A DNA stretch of 64,000 nucleotides from the NCBI RefSeq assembly GCF_963921235.1, contig NC_086108.1:80726001-80790000 (forward strand). Direction: 5' to 3'. This DNA is from Mobula hypostoma (Eukaryota). Position numbers and translations under genes: made by a program. The number at the start of each line of letters is the position of its first letter. The first letter of the stretch is position 1. Positions 12,049 through 25,216 of this stretch are shown here, in pieces. Below the pieces are notes generated by a model. That model saw only the letters and a list, made by a program, of their open reading frames with translations. It had not been told where the DNA came from and did not search any database.

Positions 12049-12086
12049 CAGTCCTGATGAAAGGTTTCAGCTTGAAACATCGACTG
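12049..12086 (+). ncRNA. Minimal hammerhead motif, catalytic boxes intact, stem III ACAU
   Basis: CAGUC-CUGAUGA-A-AGG(UUUCAG)CUU-GAA-ACAU-C/GACUG. Confidence 0.75.
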
Positions 12087-12606
12087 CAGTCTTTTCCATA
12101 GTTGCTGCCTGGCCTGTTGAGTTCCTCCGGCATTTTGTATGCGTTGCTCGGATTTCCAATATCTGCAGATTTTCTCATTGAGATTGGATTACTACACTGC
12201 GAAACCTCTTCGAGGGATGCATACCCTGAAGAAGTTTAAACCTTCCCTTCGACGGCAGTTCAGTGAGACTCTCTCTCCCTGCTCCCCCTCTGTGATCTCT
12301 GCTGCCCTCAGACTCTTCGACTATGTGCTCACCCAGGCCTGCTACCACAGCCATGTATCCTTCCTGGGAACATGTCTCCACTGCCAGCGTGTACCACATG
12401 GCTTGCAGATTAGTTTTCAAGCTTCTCAATCTGGACCCTCTGAGGACCCCAGGAACTCACATTCAACTAACTGTTTCTCCCGCTGTATCTCCCTCTGCGT
12501 TCTCACCAATCAACTTCCCAACTCTTTACTTCACCCCTCCCACCTCCCAGTTTCACCTATCACCTCGTGTTTCTCCCTTCCCCTCCCCTGACCTAACCTT
12601 TTTCTC

Positions 12607-12644
12607 CAGTCTTGCTGCAGGGTCTCAGCCCGAAACGTCGACTG
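12607..12644 (+). ncRNA. Degenerate hammerhead motif
   Basis: CAGUC-UUGCUGC-A-GGG(UCUCAG)CCC-GAA-ACGU-C/GACUG; stems intact, CUGANGA box mutated. Confidence 0.6.
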
Positions 12645-12864
12645 CACTCTTTTCCATAGATGTTGCCTGGCCCGCTGAGTTCCTCCAGCATTTTGTGTGT
12701 GTTGCTTGGTCCTACGCCTAACTTCATATGTGGTGTTTAATTATCGAAACAAGCTATGATTAAGTCAAAAATAATACCTGCACATTGTGCTAACGTTATT
12801 TTTTTACATTTTACACATCAAATGCTTCATGCAGGTTCACCCTATTAATGCCCAGCCACACTCC

Positions 12865-13480
12865 TTAGAATATTAAAGAAAGGATGTAATGTTGAGACTT
12901 TATAAAGCACTGGTGAGGCCTTACTTGGAATATTGTGAACCGGTCTGGGCCCCTTATCTTAGAAAGAATGTGCTGAAACTGGACAGGGTTCAAAGGATGC
13001 TCAGGAAAGTTATTCCAGGATTGAATGGCTTGTCATATGAAGAGCATTTGATGGCTCTGGGCCTGTATTCGCCAGAATTCAGAAGAATGAGAAGTGACTT
13101 CATTTAAGCCTATCGAATGGTGAAAGGCCTTGATAGAGTGGATGTGGAGAGGATGTTTTCTATGGTGGGAGAGTCTAAGACCAGAGGACACAGCCTCAGA
13201 ATCGAGAGGTGTCCATTTAGAACAGAGATGAGGAGGAACTTGTCCAGCCAGAGAGTGGTGAATCTGTGGAATTCTTTGCCACAGGCAGCTATAGAGGTTG
13301 TGTATATTTAAGGCAGAGGTTGATAGGTTCTTGAATGATCAGGGCATGAAGGGAAACAAGAGAAAGCAGGAAAATGGGGCGAAGTGGAAAATCGGACCAG
13401 CCATAGTGAAATGGCGGAACAGATGCAATGAGCCAAATGGCCTAATTCTGCTCCAATATCTTATGCTCTTAATGAACTGA
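12865..13480 (+). mobile_element. CR1 3' fragment
   Basis: LYKALVRPYLEYC, TRGHSLR, RVVNLWNSLP and 3' UTR. Confidence 0.92.
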
Positions 13481-13827
13481 GTGAATGGACAATCAAAAAG
13501 AGATATTATTCACATAAAGGTTTTTAATTTTTTAAACGTTATGTTTGAAATGAGAGCATCCGAAAGGTATGCAAAGAAAAACAAAACGCAGAAGCTTTGG
13601 CCGAGAGACAGACTGTGCACTCTTTCCTCTGTCCTATCTGATCAAATTACAGAGGCATTTATGAATCAGAATGCTGGTAGTATTTTGCAATGGGGAAGTT
13701 GCATTGTGCAAGAATTTATGAATCGCTGCCTATCCCGATAACTTCAGTTGCAATGCGATCCAATTTCTTCTCGACTTCTGCAGTAGATTACATTATGTAC
13801 ATCGGTATTAGTTACTGGAAGTCTCAC

Positions 13828-13881
13828 CTTCTGAAGATCATCAAGCCCGTATTCCACTGCTGATGTCAATACTTCCAGAGC
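13828..13881 (-). CDS. btbd19: BTBD19 coding exon 3 (ALEVLTSAVEYGLDDLQK)
   Basis: Acceptor tttttTAG at 13883-13882; donor AAG|GTGAGA at 13827; 54 nt, phase 0-0. Close match to recalled BTBD19 VLEVLTAAVEYGLEELRE. Too short for the ORF track. Confidence 0.9.
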
Positions 13882-14519
13882 CTAAAAAATGTCAACAGAA
13901 TCAAAAAGGATCAAGTAAACAAACTGATAGAGAACATAGTTTTCATTCTTCAATCCTGAACTAATCAAAATGATATCTTAATCTTGACGTAAGAATGACA
14001 TGTACCAAAGTCAGTTCTTCATCATGTTGGTTCCAAGCTCTGTGCTAAACTTTGAACCCCACTATGTGCTAAAGTATCAAGAAAGATTCCCTTGGAAAAT
14101 GTTTATTTCACATTGCTGCAAGAAGAGCATCAACTGAGCACACCAGACACTGGCTCTTCTGTTTTCAGGTTTCAGTGCCTCTAGTAGACACTATTCTGAA
14201 AATATTCAAAAATTAACCTTCAATGCTTCTTGCTCTACTCATTACATTTTTAAGAGTCATCCATATTCTATTATTATATTCTTCTTCCTCATCTTGTTGA
14301 AAAGATGAAGCTGAAAACTATAAACTTCCCTTTATATCAAAATGTCATATCACCCAATTATCACTTTCAACTGACTTGCAGACTTTTCGCGTGAGAAGCA
14401 ATTTCATGCACAGGGGTGGAGCAGAGCACAGAGATGAGGGGAAAAGAATCAGAACATATGGGAAAAATTGAAAAGTATGAATACTTTTACATCTGTGCAT
14501 CTCTGACTAGAATGGATAA

Positions 14520-14870
14520 TATGCATCTTTATCACTCCCAATACTAGGCAGTTATACCAGCGCATTACTGGGGAGCTGTTGCATTATCAGAGATGCCATC
14601 TTTTGGATGACAGGTTAAACCAAAATCCCATTTACTTTCTCTGGAAAACAAAAGATCTCATGACACAATTTTTAAGACAAGAGGGCAGGCTAATCTAATA
14701 TTTCCCCTTCAATCAACATCACCAAAATTCAGACTTTTGGCCATTATCATATTGCCTTTTCTAAAAGTCTGCTGTATGCAAATAGTTTTACATATCAACA
14801 GTGTTTACCCTTCTAAAATATATCATGAGGTTTAAAGCACTGGGAGATGTCCAGGCCATGGTTTTCTTCT
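14520..14870 (+). mobile_element. Old Deu-domain SINE (SacSINE1/AmnSINE1-like)
   Basis: gatgccatcttttggatgacaggttaaacc...aaaagatctcatgacaca...aatcaacatcacc...gctgtatgcaaat resembles the Deu core and an L2-like tail; heavily diverged. Confidence 0.55.
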
Positions 14871-14931
14871 TTTAAAAAAAAAATTAGCAGTTTAATATCC
14901 CTCTATTTCAATTAACTTACTCAAATGTGAT

Positions 14932-15355
14932 TAGACCATAAGACATAGGAGTAGAATTATGCCATTCGGCCCATCAAGTCTGATCTGCAATCCATAATGG
15001 CTGATTTTTATCCCTCTCAAACCCATTCTTCTGCCTTCTCCCCACAAGCTTTGATGCCCTTTATAACCAGAACCTATCAATTTCTACTTTAAATAAACCC
15101 AATCACTTGGCCTCCACATCCTTCTGTGGCAATGAATTCCGTAGGTTTACCACTCTCTGACTAAAGAAATTCCTTCCTCCTGTTCAAAAGGGATATCCTT
15201 TTATTCTGAGGCCCTCGGGTCCTAGACTCTCCTATTAATGGATAATCCACACCAGGTCCACTTTATCCAGGCCTTTCAATATCCGTGAGGCTTCATCCTT
15301 CTAAACTCCAGCGAGTACAAGCCCAGAAGCAACATTAGCTACTCATGATGAGCCC
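14932..15355 (-). mobile_element. CR1 3' fragment
   Basis: Begins with reverse tail agaccataagacatagga; reverse complement of CR1 3' UTR and ORF2 end. Confidence 0.85.
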
Positions 15356-15959
15356 CTTCAAATCGACCATCTCTGCTTATTTTTTTTACATATACATGTT
15401 CATCTTTCACCTGTATTGACTTTATATATTAAGGTTCAAATTTGATGATTACTTCTAAGTTGAACAATGATGTCCTTCCCTTCCTGGCACACGAACTGAG
15501 ATTTCAAAAGATAATTATAACAACATTTACATTTATCTCCCCAAATGACTCAGTTAGTACAAAAAGAATTTGGTTGAACATACAGTTCTGAAAGAGACTC
15601 AGTTACCCCTTAACCCACATATCTCCCCACTCAAATGGGATGGATGTTGGGCAAGAATTAATATGTGCTTCAATGCGATGGCCCTGAAGGTAAAGATTCA
15701 CACTCATTGCCTACACTCACAAGTGAAGACCACCTACAAGCAAGGCTGCATTGAATGAAACCACATACCACATGACTCATTAAGAGGGGGAGAATGTTAT
15801 CAAAGTAAATCCTAACCATAGTGTAAGACTTAATCAAGGGAACAAGTAGTAGTGTTCTTGTGCACCAGCTATTTAGTTCTGATAAGCAGGCTCATCAGAT
15901 TAAAATAACACCTCCTGTTCCTACTGAAATTTTGTTGTACATAAAGAGTCTTGAGTTTT

Positions 15960-17200
15960 GCCTTCCCGCTCCACCCTCCCCCCCCCCCATTTTCTATAGA
16001 GGTCATTCTCTACATGACCCCCTTGTCCACTTCGACCTCCCCAATTATCTCCTTCCTGGTATTTATCCCTGCAACTATGACAAGTACTACACCTGCCCTA
16101 CACTCCTCCCTCACTACCATTCAGTGCCCCAAACAGACCATCTAGGTGAAGTGAAAATTCTCCTGCAAATCTGCTGGGGTTGTCTATGTAGTATCTGGTG
16201 CTCCTGGTGTGGCAAAGCAGTGAACAAAGTGGTCCTCCAATGTTGATTAGAGGACGCCTTGTTGAGTGCCTTTAGTCTGTCTACCACAAAGGCAAGATCT
16301 CCTGGTGTCTACCCCTCTTAATTTGACTTCCCATTCAAAAATGTCTGTCTGTCATGTTGAGGTCAAATTCAGGTTGAAAGCGCAATACCTTATATTGAAT
16401 TGAATTGAATGTTCTTTATTGTCATACATGGGTACAGTGAAACTCTGTTTGGCTTCCTCTCAGGCAATAAAATAAAGCAGTAGATAAAAACAAGGCAGTA
16501 ATAGAAAAACAGTATTAAACAGATAAGTTGCAGCAGCACCAGAATATCACAGTAATGCACAAAGTGCCATTAGTGCAAGTATTTGAGTCCTTGCATGTGT
16601 GTGCTCACAGTTTCAGTCATTGTTCTGTGAGAGTGGTGTGATGGAGACCACAGCTCTAGGATAGAAGCTGTTCCTCAGTCTATTTGTTCTGGCTTTTAGT
16701 GTCCTGTTATATTCCTTCTGGGTAGCCTCCAAGCCAATGCCATGAACATCAATCTCTCTAACATCTGGTAATTTCTCCTCCCACCCTCTGTCTCTCTTTT
16801 ACCATTCCCTTTTGTTTTTCAATTCTCTTCTCTCACTCCTTCTCTTCTCTACACCTGCCCATCACCTCCATCTGGTGCCTTCCTGCTTCCCTTTCTTCCA
16901 TACTCCACTGCCCTCTCTTATTAAGTACCTTCTTCAGCCCTTTACCTCTTTCACATACCTTCCCAGCTTCTTGCTTCATCACCCTTCCCCCATCCCTCCT
17001 GCCCCACCCATACAACTTACCCCTCACCTGATCTCACCTATTACCTGCCAGCATGTATTTCTTCCCCTCCCCACACCTTCTTTTCCTAGCTTTCACCCCT
17101 TTCCTTTCCAGAAGGGCCTCAGCCCTGAATGTTGACTGTTTGGTCCCTTCCACAAATGCCGCATGGCTTGCTGAGTTCCTCCTGAATTTTGTGTGCATTG
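15960..17200 (+). mobile_element. Degraded PLE 3' part (GIY-YIG + pLTR), interrupted by a minus-strand LINE tail at 16397-16706
   Basis: Similarity to 54560-55410; nested insert with (ATTCA)n tail flanked by ttatatt at 16390-16396 and 16707-16713. Confidence 0.75.
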
Positions 17201-17789
17201 AATTGTTCAGCTTGTATTCTGTTCATTTCTATGTTTGAGCAAATTACTATCACCTCAGTTAAAACCGAGATGATGTCTGGCAAGAAATAATAATTGTGGT
17301 CAACAGAAAGTCCACTTACTGGAGCAAACAGCAGAGACAAATTCAAGTTGTGACATAGTCAGTGTTGAATGCCTTGAGTTCACCTCAACTAGTGAAACCA
17401 TTTCAGTTTTCAAATCATGTAGATTTTAGTATGTACATGTCTGGTGTTCTTTGAAATTACTTGTTGGTTTGGAACCTGAATTATTTTTTTTAAAGTGCGT
17501 TCCAAGATGGCTGGATGTTCCTGGGGAGAATATTCAATCCCAGCAGGACAATTGAATGTGAATCAACTGGTGGTCAACCGAAAGATATATCAACTCTGAT
17601 TTTAAAAAAACTTTCCACCATTTTGAAAGAAATACCAAAAATACAAAGCATCACGGCAACGGTTTTTTGGCAGATTTACTGCAATTTCACTGCACAAAAC
17701 AGACTGTTTGAAAAGTATTTAGTTGACAGATTTTATCTTGCAAAAGTTGGAGTTAACATGATGTTAACTACCTTACAGTGCAGTCAATA

Positions 17790-18700
17790 CTTCTATTTCT
17801 GAGACAGCCCCTTGGAATCAGGCATGAGTTGCTCTACACCATTTCTGAGGTCCTGGATGAGATGGAAGTGAGGGACATTCTGTCACAGACAGTTCAGGAG
17901 GTGGGAGCTCCTTCCACTGCATTTTCATTTGCTTACCGAGGACCCCAAGGTGTTCAGTGACATTCTGACTGCTTCTCCTCCATTTTGAGTTGTCATGGGT
18001 CAGGGATTCCCATGAGTTGCTGGGAATATTACACTTCTCAAGCAGGATTTGAGAACACCCTTGAACTGCTGATAAATTTGTTCTGATAAGACTGAGTAAA
18101 GTGTCTCTATTGGGAGTCAGGCATCAGGCACATAAACATTATGACTTGCTCATTGGAGCTGCGTGTGTAAGCAGGGACTCAGTGCAGAGTTTTTTAGCCT
18201 GGCAAAGGGGATTGACATTGATTTGCATCATCCACCATTGGATCTGAATGTTTCTTACAGTGAAAGTTTAGGTAGGTCATCCTCCATGCTTTAAAATACC
18301 AGCTTGAGAAAGTCCATGACTCAGCCACATACTGCATTTTGGTGCTGGGTTTTAGCTCTTAAGCACTTTCCTTCCAGTAACGTCCCTGTTGGTACAGCAA
18401 AGGCAGTGGCGATGCTCATTATCCATATCTGCCTCCCTTGAGAGGTGGCTATCTAGTCATAGGAAAAGATCCATGTTTTCTTAGATTTAGGAAGCAAATC
18501 GGGAGGGGTCCTCTTTTATCAGGATATTTAATGCAAGGCCTCATCGGGTTCATTAGATAACCTGGAGCTCAGCTCTAAATGTGCACATGGACAAGCATTG
18601 TCTACATTCTACAGCTCAAGGACTTGGTCCTGGGGAAGAGGAGTTGTAAGCTTCCCCACTTTAGCTCTATTCTGTTATCATATTTGTTTGAGGAAAACTG
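17790..18700 (-). mobile_element. Highly degraded RTE-like LINE
   Basis: Reverse-strand remnants resembling RTE 3' coding sequence; similar short piece at 30310-30430. Confidence 0.45.
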
Positions 18701-19619
18701 AAGGGTTAGGGTGAAAACAGAATGAAAAACGTTTTGAGGCACTTAAGACAGGTGGGTGGGTGGTGAATAGCAGGCAAAATTAATTAACATGGGTGGGCTC
18801 CTACTAAACTTTGGGAATAGTCCTTCAAATTAACTAACACACTGTCTTGTCAAAGGCACATGGCAATATCTTCATCGCCTAGTCCAGGCTCCAGCACTGT
18901 TAGGCTATGCCATTATCCAAGTGAGAGACTTTGAAATGTCTGTATTACCTATGACATTGCAAATATTAATGATAATTGAACTGACTGTTCCTAATCCATT
19001 GTTATCTCAATGTGAATCCGAAGCAACAGCAAGTGGGAAACAATATGATGATCCCAATCAACCAGAACCACTAAATATCCATAAAATTTATCTGCCCTAA
19101 TATCCACCATGATCAACACACTCAAAGATAATTATGAGTTCTATACCAGAAGATAGCAGGAAGGTCATGATGAAAATGATCAGGTGGTCCAAGAGCTAAG
19201 TGACGTCAAACGCAGAATGTTCTTGGTTAATAGCTCAAGGGAAAAGAACTAGCTGAAAGCCAAGCTCCATGAGAAAACCTACAATGTAAAGAACATTTGG
19301 GCAGAGAGATCCATCAACTCACTAATCCCCATTGCAACTGGAGGATTAAGACCATCTAAAGACCATCTCGCCAAGAAGAGGAGAGCTTTTCCAAGGCCTA
19401 TGTCTGCTGGAAGAAGCATTTTGAATAGCTCTTCAATTATGGCTCTGTCCCTAGCACAAGTATCTGGTCAAAAGCTACCAGCACTCTTGAACAATAATAT
19501 GTCAAGAAGGCTACATCTCAATTTATAACCAGCAAGATCTCAAAGTAATCAGTTCTGCAACCTGGCAGAGACAAACTTCAGTCACAACTTCACAATATCA
19601 TCTCCTCTATCAGCAAGCA

Positions 19620-22600
19620 GGAGGGCAACAGGACCTCAGACACACCTTTCCCCTCAGTGATAGGTACACCGCTTTGCTTACTGTTGGGAGAGGGTTGGTG
19701 ACCAACCAGCAGGAGGCTGCTGAGATGGGGTCTCTGGCACTGTGACTCAGAAGGGAAGGGGGAGGAGGGGACCATAGTAGAGATAGGGGATTCCATAGTT
19801 AGAGGAGTAGACATGAGATTCTGTGGATGCAACAGAAACACTCGGTTGACATGTTGCCTCCCAGGTGCCAGGGTCAGAGACATCTCGGACTGAGTCCACG
19901 CCATACTAAAGATGGAGGGTGAGCAGCCAGAAGTCTTGGTATATATTGGCACCAATAACATAGGTAGGAAAAGGGATAAGATAGAGAGAATTTTGGGAGC
20001 TAGATAGGAAGCTGAAAAACAGGACCTCCTGGGTAGTAATCTCTGGATTGTTGCCTGTGCCATGCACCAGTGAGGGTAAGAATAGGATGATTTGGCAGAT
20101 AAATGTGTGGCTAAGGAACTGATGCAGGGACAGGGCTTCAGATTTCTGGATCATTGGGATCTCCGCTGGGGAACGTATAACCTGCACAAAAGGAATGGGT
20201 TAAACATGAACCCGAGGGGGACCATTATCCTTGCGGGCAGGTTCGCTAGAAATGTTGGAGAGGGTTTAGACTAACTTGGCGGGGCGTGGGGAACTAAGTG
20301 ATAGAGTTGAGAACGAGGCAGTTGGTGTACAAGCAGAGGCAGTGGTTAGTGAGGCTGTCAGGACGGACAGGCAGATGACAGGGAAAAATTGCAGTAAGTG
20401 GGACTAATTGCAGTTTAACAAGGTGACAAAATCGAAAAGGATGATGAACACAAGACTGTAAATGTTATGAATGCATGCCGGATACAGAATAAAGTAGATG
20501 ATCTTGTAGTGCAGTTTGAGATTGGTAATATGATGTTGTGGGCATTACTCAGTCATGGCAGAAAGAAGATTACAGTTGGGAGCTTAGCATCCAAAAATAC
20601 ACATTATATTGAAAGGATAGGCAGGTAGGCAAAGGGGAATGCATGTCTCTATTAGTAAAAAAATGAAATCAAATCCTTTGAAAGGGGTAACATAGTATCA
20701 GAAGATGTAGAATCATTATGGGTAGAGTTAAGAAACTGCCAAGGTAAAACCACCCTGATGGGAGTTACTGTACATACAGGCCTCTGAACCAGGATGTGAG
20801 CTACAAGCTACAATGGGTGATAGAAAATGCATGTCAATAGAGCAATACTATGATAGTCATAAGGGATTACAATATGTAGGTAGATTGGGAAAATCAGGTT
20901 GATGCTGATTTTAGATCCCAAGAGAGAGAATGCCTATGAAATGGCTTTTTTAGAGCTGTTTGTGGTTGAGTCCACGAGGGGATTGGCTATACTGGATTGG
21001 GTGCTGTGTAATGAAAAGGATTTGATTAGGGAGTTAAAGGTAAAGGAACCCTTAGGAGATGGTGATCAGAATATGATAGACTTCACCCTGCAATTAGAGA
21101 GGAAGAAGCTAAAGTCAGTTGTATCAGTACTACAGTGGAGTAAAGGGAAATAATGGCATGAGAGAGGAGCTGGCCAAAGATGATTGGAAGAGGACACTCG
21201 CAGGAATGACAGCAAAGTAACTGGGAGTTTCTGGGAGCCATTCTGAAGGTGCAGAATAGATACATCCCAAAGAAGTAGTAGTAATCTAAAGGCAAAGGCA
21301 GGATAACACAGCCATGGCTGACAAGGAAACTCAAAGACAACATAATAGTCAAAGAGAGCACATGTAATGGAGCAAAAAGTTGTGGGAAGTTAGAGGATTG
21401 GGAAGCATTGAAAAACCAACAGAAGGCAACTAAAAAAGTCATAAGGAGGAAAAAGATGAAATTTGAACGTAAGCTAGCCAACAATATCAAAGAGGATAGT
21501 AAGTTTTTTTCACATTTATAAAGAATAAAAAAGAGGTGAGAGTAGATATTGGATCGCTGGAAAATGATGCTGGAGAGGTCGTAATGGGAGACAAAGTAAC
21601 GGTGAACAAACTGAATAGGTATTTTGCATCAGGCTTCACTGTGGAAGACACTAGCAGTATGCCTGAAGTTCAAGAGTGTCAGAGGACAGAAATGAGTACA
21701 GTTACTATTACTAAGGAAAAGGTGCTTGGGAAGCTAACAGGTCTGAAGGTAGATAAGTCACCTGGACCAGATGGACTACACCCCGGGGTTCTGAAAGAGA
21801 TAGCTGAAGAGATTCTGAAGGCATTAAGGATCTTCCAAGAATCACTGGATTTTGGCATGATTCCAGAGGACTGGAAAATTGTAAATGTCATTTTACTCTT
21901 CAAGAAGGAAGGGAAGCGAAGAAAGGAAATTATAGGCCAATTAGCCTGACCTCTGTGTTGGGAAGATGTTGGAATTGATTGTTGAGAATGAGGTTTCAGG
22001 GAACTCAGAGGCACAGGGCAAAATAGGCCAAAGTCAGCATGGTTTCATTAAGGGAAAATCTTGCCTGACAAATTTGTTGGAATTCTTTGAGAAAAAAAAC
22101 AAGCAGGATAGACAAAGGAGAATCAGAGGACGTTGTGTATTGGGATTTTCAGAAGGCTTTTGACAAGATGCTGCACATGAGGCTGCTTAGCAAGATAAGA
22201 GCCCATTTAGTACAGGAAAGATTCTGGCATGGATAAAGCTTTGGCTGACTGACAGAAGGCAAGGTATGGGAATAAAAGGAGCCTTTTTTCTGATTAGCAG
22301 CAGTAACTAGTGTTGTTCCACAAAGATGTGTGTTGGGACTGCATTTTTTACTTTGTATGTCAATGATTCAGATGACAGAATTGAAGGCTTTGTGGCAAAG
22401 TTTGCGGACGATACGAAGATACATAGGTGGAAGGGCAGGTAGTGTTGAGGAAACAGGGAGGCTGCAGATTAGGAAAATGGCTAGATGTATTAGGAGAATG
22501 GGTAAGAATTTGGCAGATAGATTACAGTGTTGGGAAGTGTATGGTCGTGAACTTTGGTAGAAAGAATTTTTTTTTAAAGCATAGAGTTTTTTTCCAAATG

Positions 22601-23685
22601 TAGAGAAAATTCAAAAATCAAGAAGTGCAAAGGGACTTGGGAGTCTTTGTGCAGGATTCCCCTCAGGGTTAACTTGCAGGTTGAGTTGGGGGTGGGGAAG
22701 GCAAATACAATGTTAGCATTCATTTCAAGAAGACTAGAATATAAAAACAAGGATGCAATGCTGAGGTTTTATAAGGTATAGGTGAGACCTCACTTGGAGT
22801 ACCGTGAGTATTTCTGGGCCTCTTATCTAGGAAGGGATGTGCTGATATTGGAGAGGGTTCAAAGGAGATTCACAGAAATAATAAGACCATAAGACATAGG
22901 AGCAGAATTAGGACACTTGGCCCTTCGAGTCTGCTCTACCATATCATCTCAGCCCCAATCTCCTGTCTTCTCCCAGTATCCTTTCATGCCTTAACCAATT
23001 TAGAATCTATCAACATCTGCCTTAAATATACATAAAGACTTGGCATCCGCAGCTGCCGGTAGCAACAGATTCCACAGATTCACCACTTCCTGGCTAAAGA
23101 AATTCCTCCTCCTCTCCATTCCAAAAGGATGCCCCTTTGTTCTGAGGCTACGCCCTTGGGACCTAGACTCTCCCACCATAGGAAACATTCTCACTACATC
23201 CACTCTATCAAGGCCTTTCACCATTTGATGTTTCAATTTAGTCACCCCTTATTCTTCATAATTCTGGGACTGAAAGGCTTATCATATGATGAGCATTTGA
23301 TGGATCTAGCTGTATCCACTAGAATTTAAAAGAATGAGGAGGGATCTCATTGAAACCTATCAAATGCTGAAAGGCCTAGATCAAGTGGATATGGAAAAGA
23401 TGTTTCCTATAGTGGAGGAGTTTAGGACCAGAGGGCATAGCCTCAGAACAGAGGGACGTCCATTTAGAATGGAGATGGGGAAGAATTTCTTTAGCCAGAG
23501 GGTGGTTAATCTGTGAAGTTTATTGCTACAGCCAGCTGTGGAAGCACAATCATAAGGCAGGGTGTGATAGGGTACAAAGAGAAGGTAGGAGAATGGGGTT
23601 GTGAAGGAAATGGATCAACCATAATCAAATGGCAGGGCAGACTCAATGGCCCAAATGGGCAAATTCTGCTCCTATGGTATTCATG
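19620..23685 (+). mobile_element. CR1 LINE, near full length (ORF1 esterase, ORF2 APE + RT, 3' UTR), many stops and frameshifts
   Basis: GDSIVRG and IGTN esterase blocks, ILDWVLCNE, KSPGPDGLHP, QHGFIKGKSCLTNLLEFF, KFADDT, RVVNL and 3' tail. Confidence 0.95.
22883..23257 (-). mobile_element. CR1 3' fragment nested in opposite orientation within the 19620-23685 CR1
   Basis: Short duplication ataat at 22878-22882 and 23258-23262; host sequence rejoins across it. Confidence 0.88.
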
Positions 23686-24240
23686 ACCATCTCAAGAAAG
23701 GAAGCAAATTTGACAATGGTAACTATGAGGGTTCTCTTTCTTCTGTCATGATGAAAGTCATCATAAGGGTACTTTTCTGGTTCCTTCCCAGAAGCTGAAG
23801 AATTACTACCCAAATTGAACATTAGTAAATGAAAATCTGAATTCAACAGTGAACATAGGGCCCTAAATGAAACAAACCAGACTATAATTTAATCTGAGCA
23901 CAAACCCTTTTTAATAGAAACATAAAAAAGAGCCCAAAAATGCATTATGACACTATTTACCAGGGCAGTAGCAAGGTCATTCCTCCAAATCCAGCAATAA
24001 TACACAGGGATTTCCTTACAAAGCTCTTCCTTTCCTCTTGCTCCAACCCCAATATCCCTTTGCACCCACCAACTGCCTCCTTCTTATCAAACTACCTTGG
24101 CATTTCCATGTTAGTGAGCTACATCAGTTACCAACAGTATACAGGCTCTACTTAACAAAAATAAGTTAATGATATTACTCCACTTTTCATTATGAAATCC
24201 AGTTGAAATCGATCTATTAACCTCGAACATTAGTACTCAC

Positions 24241-24466
24241 CATTTTGCTGCTCAGCATCACGGAGTTTGTGTAGAGAAACTCAATCACAGCCAGGAAGAC
24301 ATCTGGCTGCACATCTGAAACAACAAATGGAATGTCAGCTCCTTTCGCATCACGTGACAGAGGTTGCTGGGCGAACATGGTGCTAAATGCCTCACAACGG
24401 TGCGCTAAGATGCAGCGATGAGCATAAACCACTTTCCTCTCTTTTCCAACAATGAACTTTACATCA
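24241..24466 (-). CDS. btbd19: BTBD19 coding exon 2, BTB domain (SDVKFIVGKERKVVYAHRCILAHRCEAF...FLAVIEFLYTNSVMLSSKM)
   Basis: Acceptor tttttaaaccAG at 24468-24467; donor ATG|GTGAGT at 24240; 226 nt (1+225). BTB motifs DV.F.VG, AHR..L..R, FLYT; FLAV.EFLYTNSV matches BTBD19. Confidence 0.93.
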
Positions 24467-25216
24467 CTGGTTTAAAAACAGAAAGCAAAACACAAATTAG
24501 CCACAACACACACTTGTAATTACAACAAAAGCAACCTGCATTTATAAAGCCTCTTCAACATAGCAAAACAACCCAACATTTTTAACAGAGTGTTATGAAA
24601 CAATATTTGATAGCAAAACATACATGAGAAATTGGGGCAGCTGACCAAGAGGAAGCCTCTCAAAGTCCAACCCTAGGTCCCCATTGTGAGAGATGGAATT
24701 GGGGAAGGCCAGGCCACAGGGCTCTGGTGAAGCTGTATAGGCCAATCCCTTGTACAGTTGATTCAATGAATTGCAGAAGAGTTGATTAACTCCAACCATA
24801 CCATCAACCATAACACCTTTTCCACATCCACTCTATCTAGGCCTTTCAGGATGAAGAAGCCAGGAGGTCATCGATGGCCTCTCGATGGGAGATAAGGGCC
24901 CAAGTAAGTAAGCAAGCAAGCAAGTGGCCAAAGGAAGGAGGTAGGTTTAAAGAATGTCTTGAAAGAAGAAAATGAAATGGAGAAGGTTAGAGAGAGAATT
25001 CCAGAGCCCATGCCATGGCAGCAGAAAGTCTGGATCCTAATGGTGCTGCAATTAAATCCTGGAAAGTGGAACTGCTAGGGTGCAGGTACCTCAAGGGTAA
25101 CGGGACAAGAGAATAAATTCTTCAAATTAATTACGTTCCCAAAAATGCCACAATGATATAATTGTCACTCTAGATGTGTCAGTATCACATAGATTACCGT
25201 GCATTTTTCTGACAAA

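Larger units (their letters stand above)
11950..12706 (+). mobile_element. Non-autonomous PLE: inverted tail + pLTR(HHR) + ORF N-terminus + pLTR(HHR)
   Basis: 16-bp TSD tggtcctatgcctaac (11934-11949) / tggtcctacgcctaac (12707-12722); internal HSHVSFLGTCL...VPHGL resembles a PLE N-terminal motif; HHR motifs at 12049 and 12607. Confidence 0.82.

Noticed and set aside
1..13827. Search for btbd19 exon 4 (donor-like sites near 6410 and 12777)
   Set aside because: Upstream sequence has a stop or no resemblance to the expected LC..F....L....CEALQ peptide; exon 4 is probably outside the window, though a by-eye search could miss it.
24217..24432. ORF-track 71-aa ORF as a standalone gene
   Set aside because: It is btbd19 exon 2 read past the donor; the start is an internal GTG (Val) and VSTNVRG is intronic.
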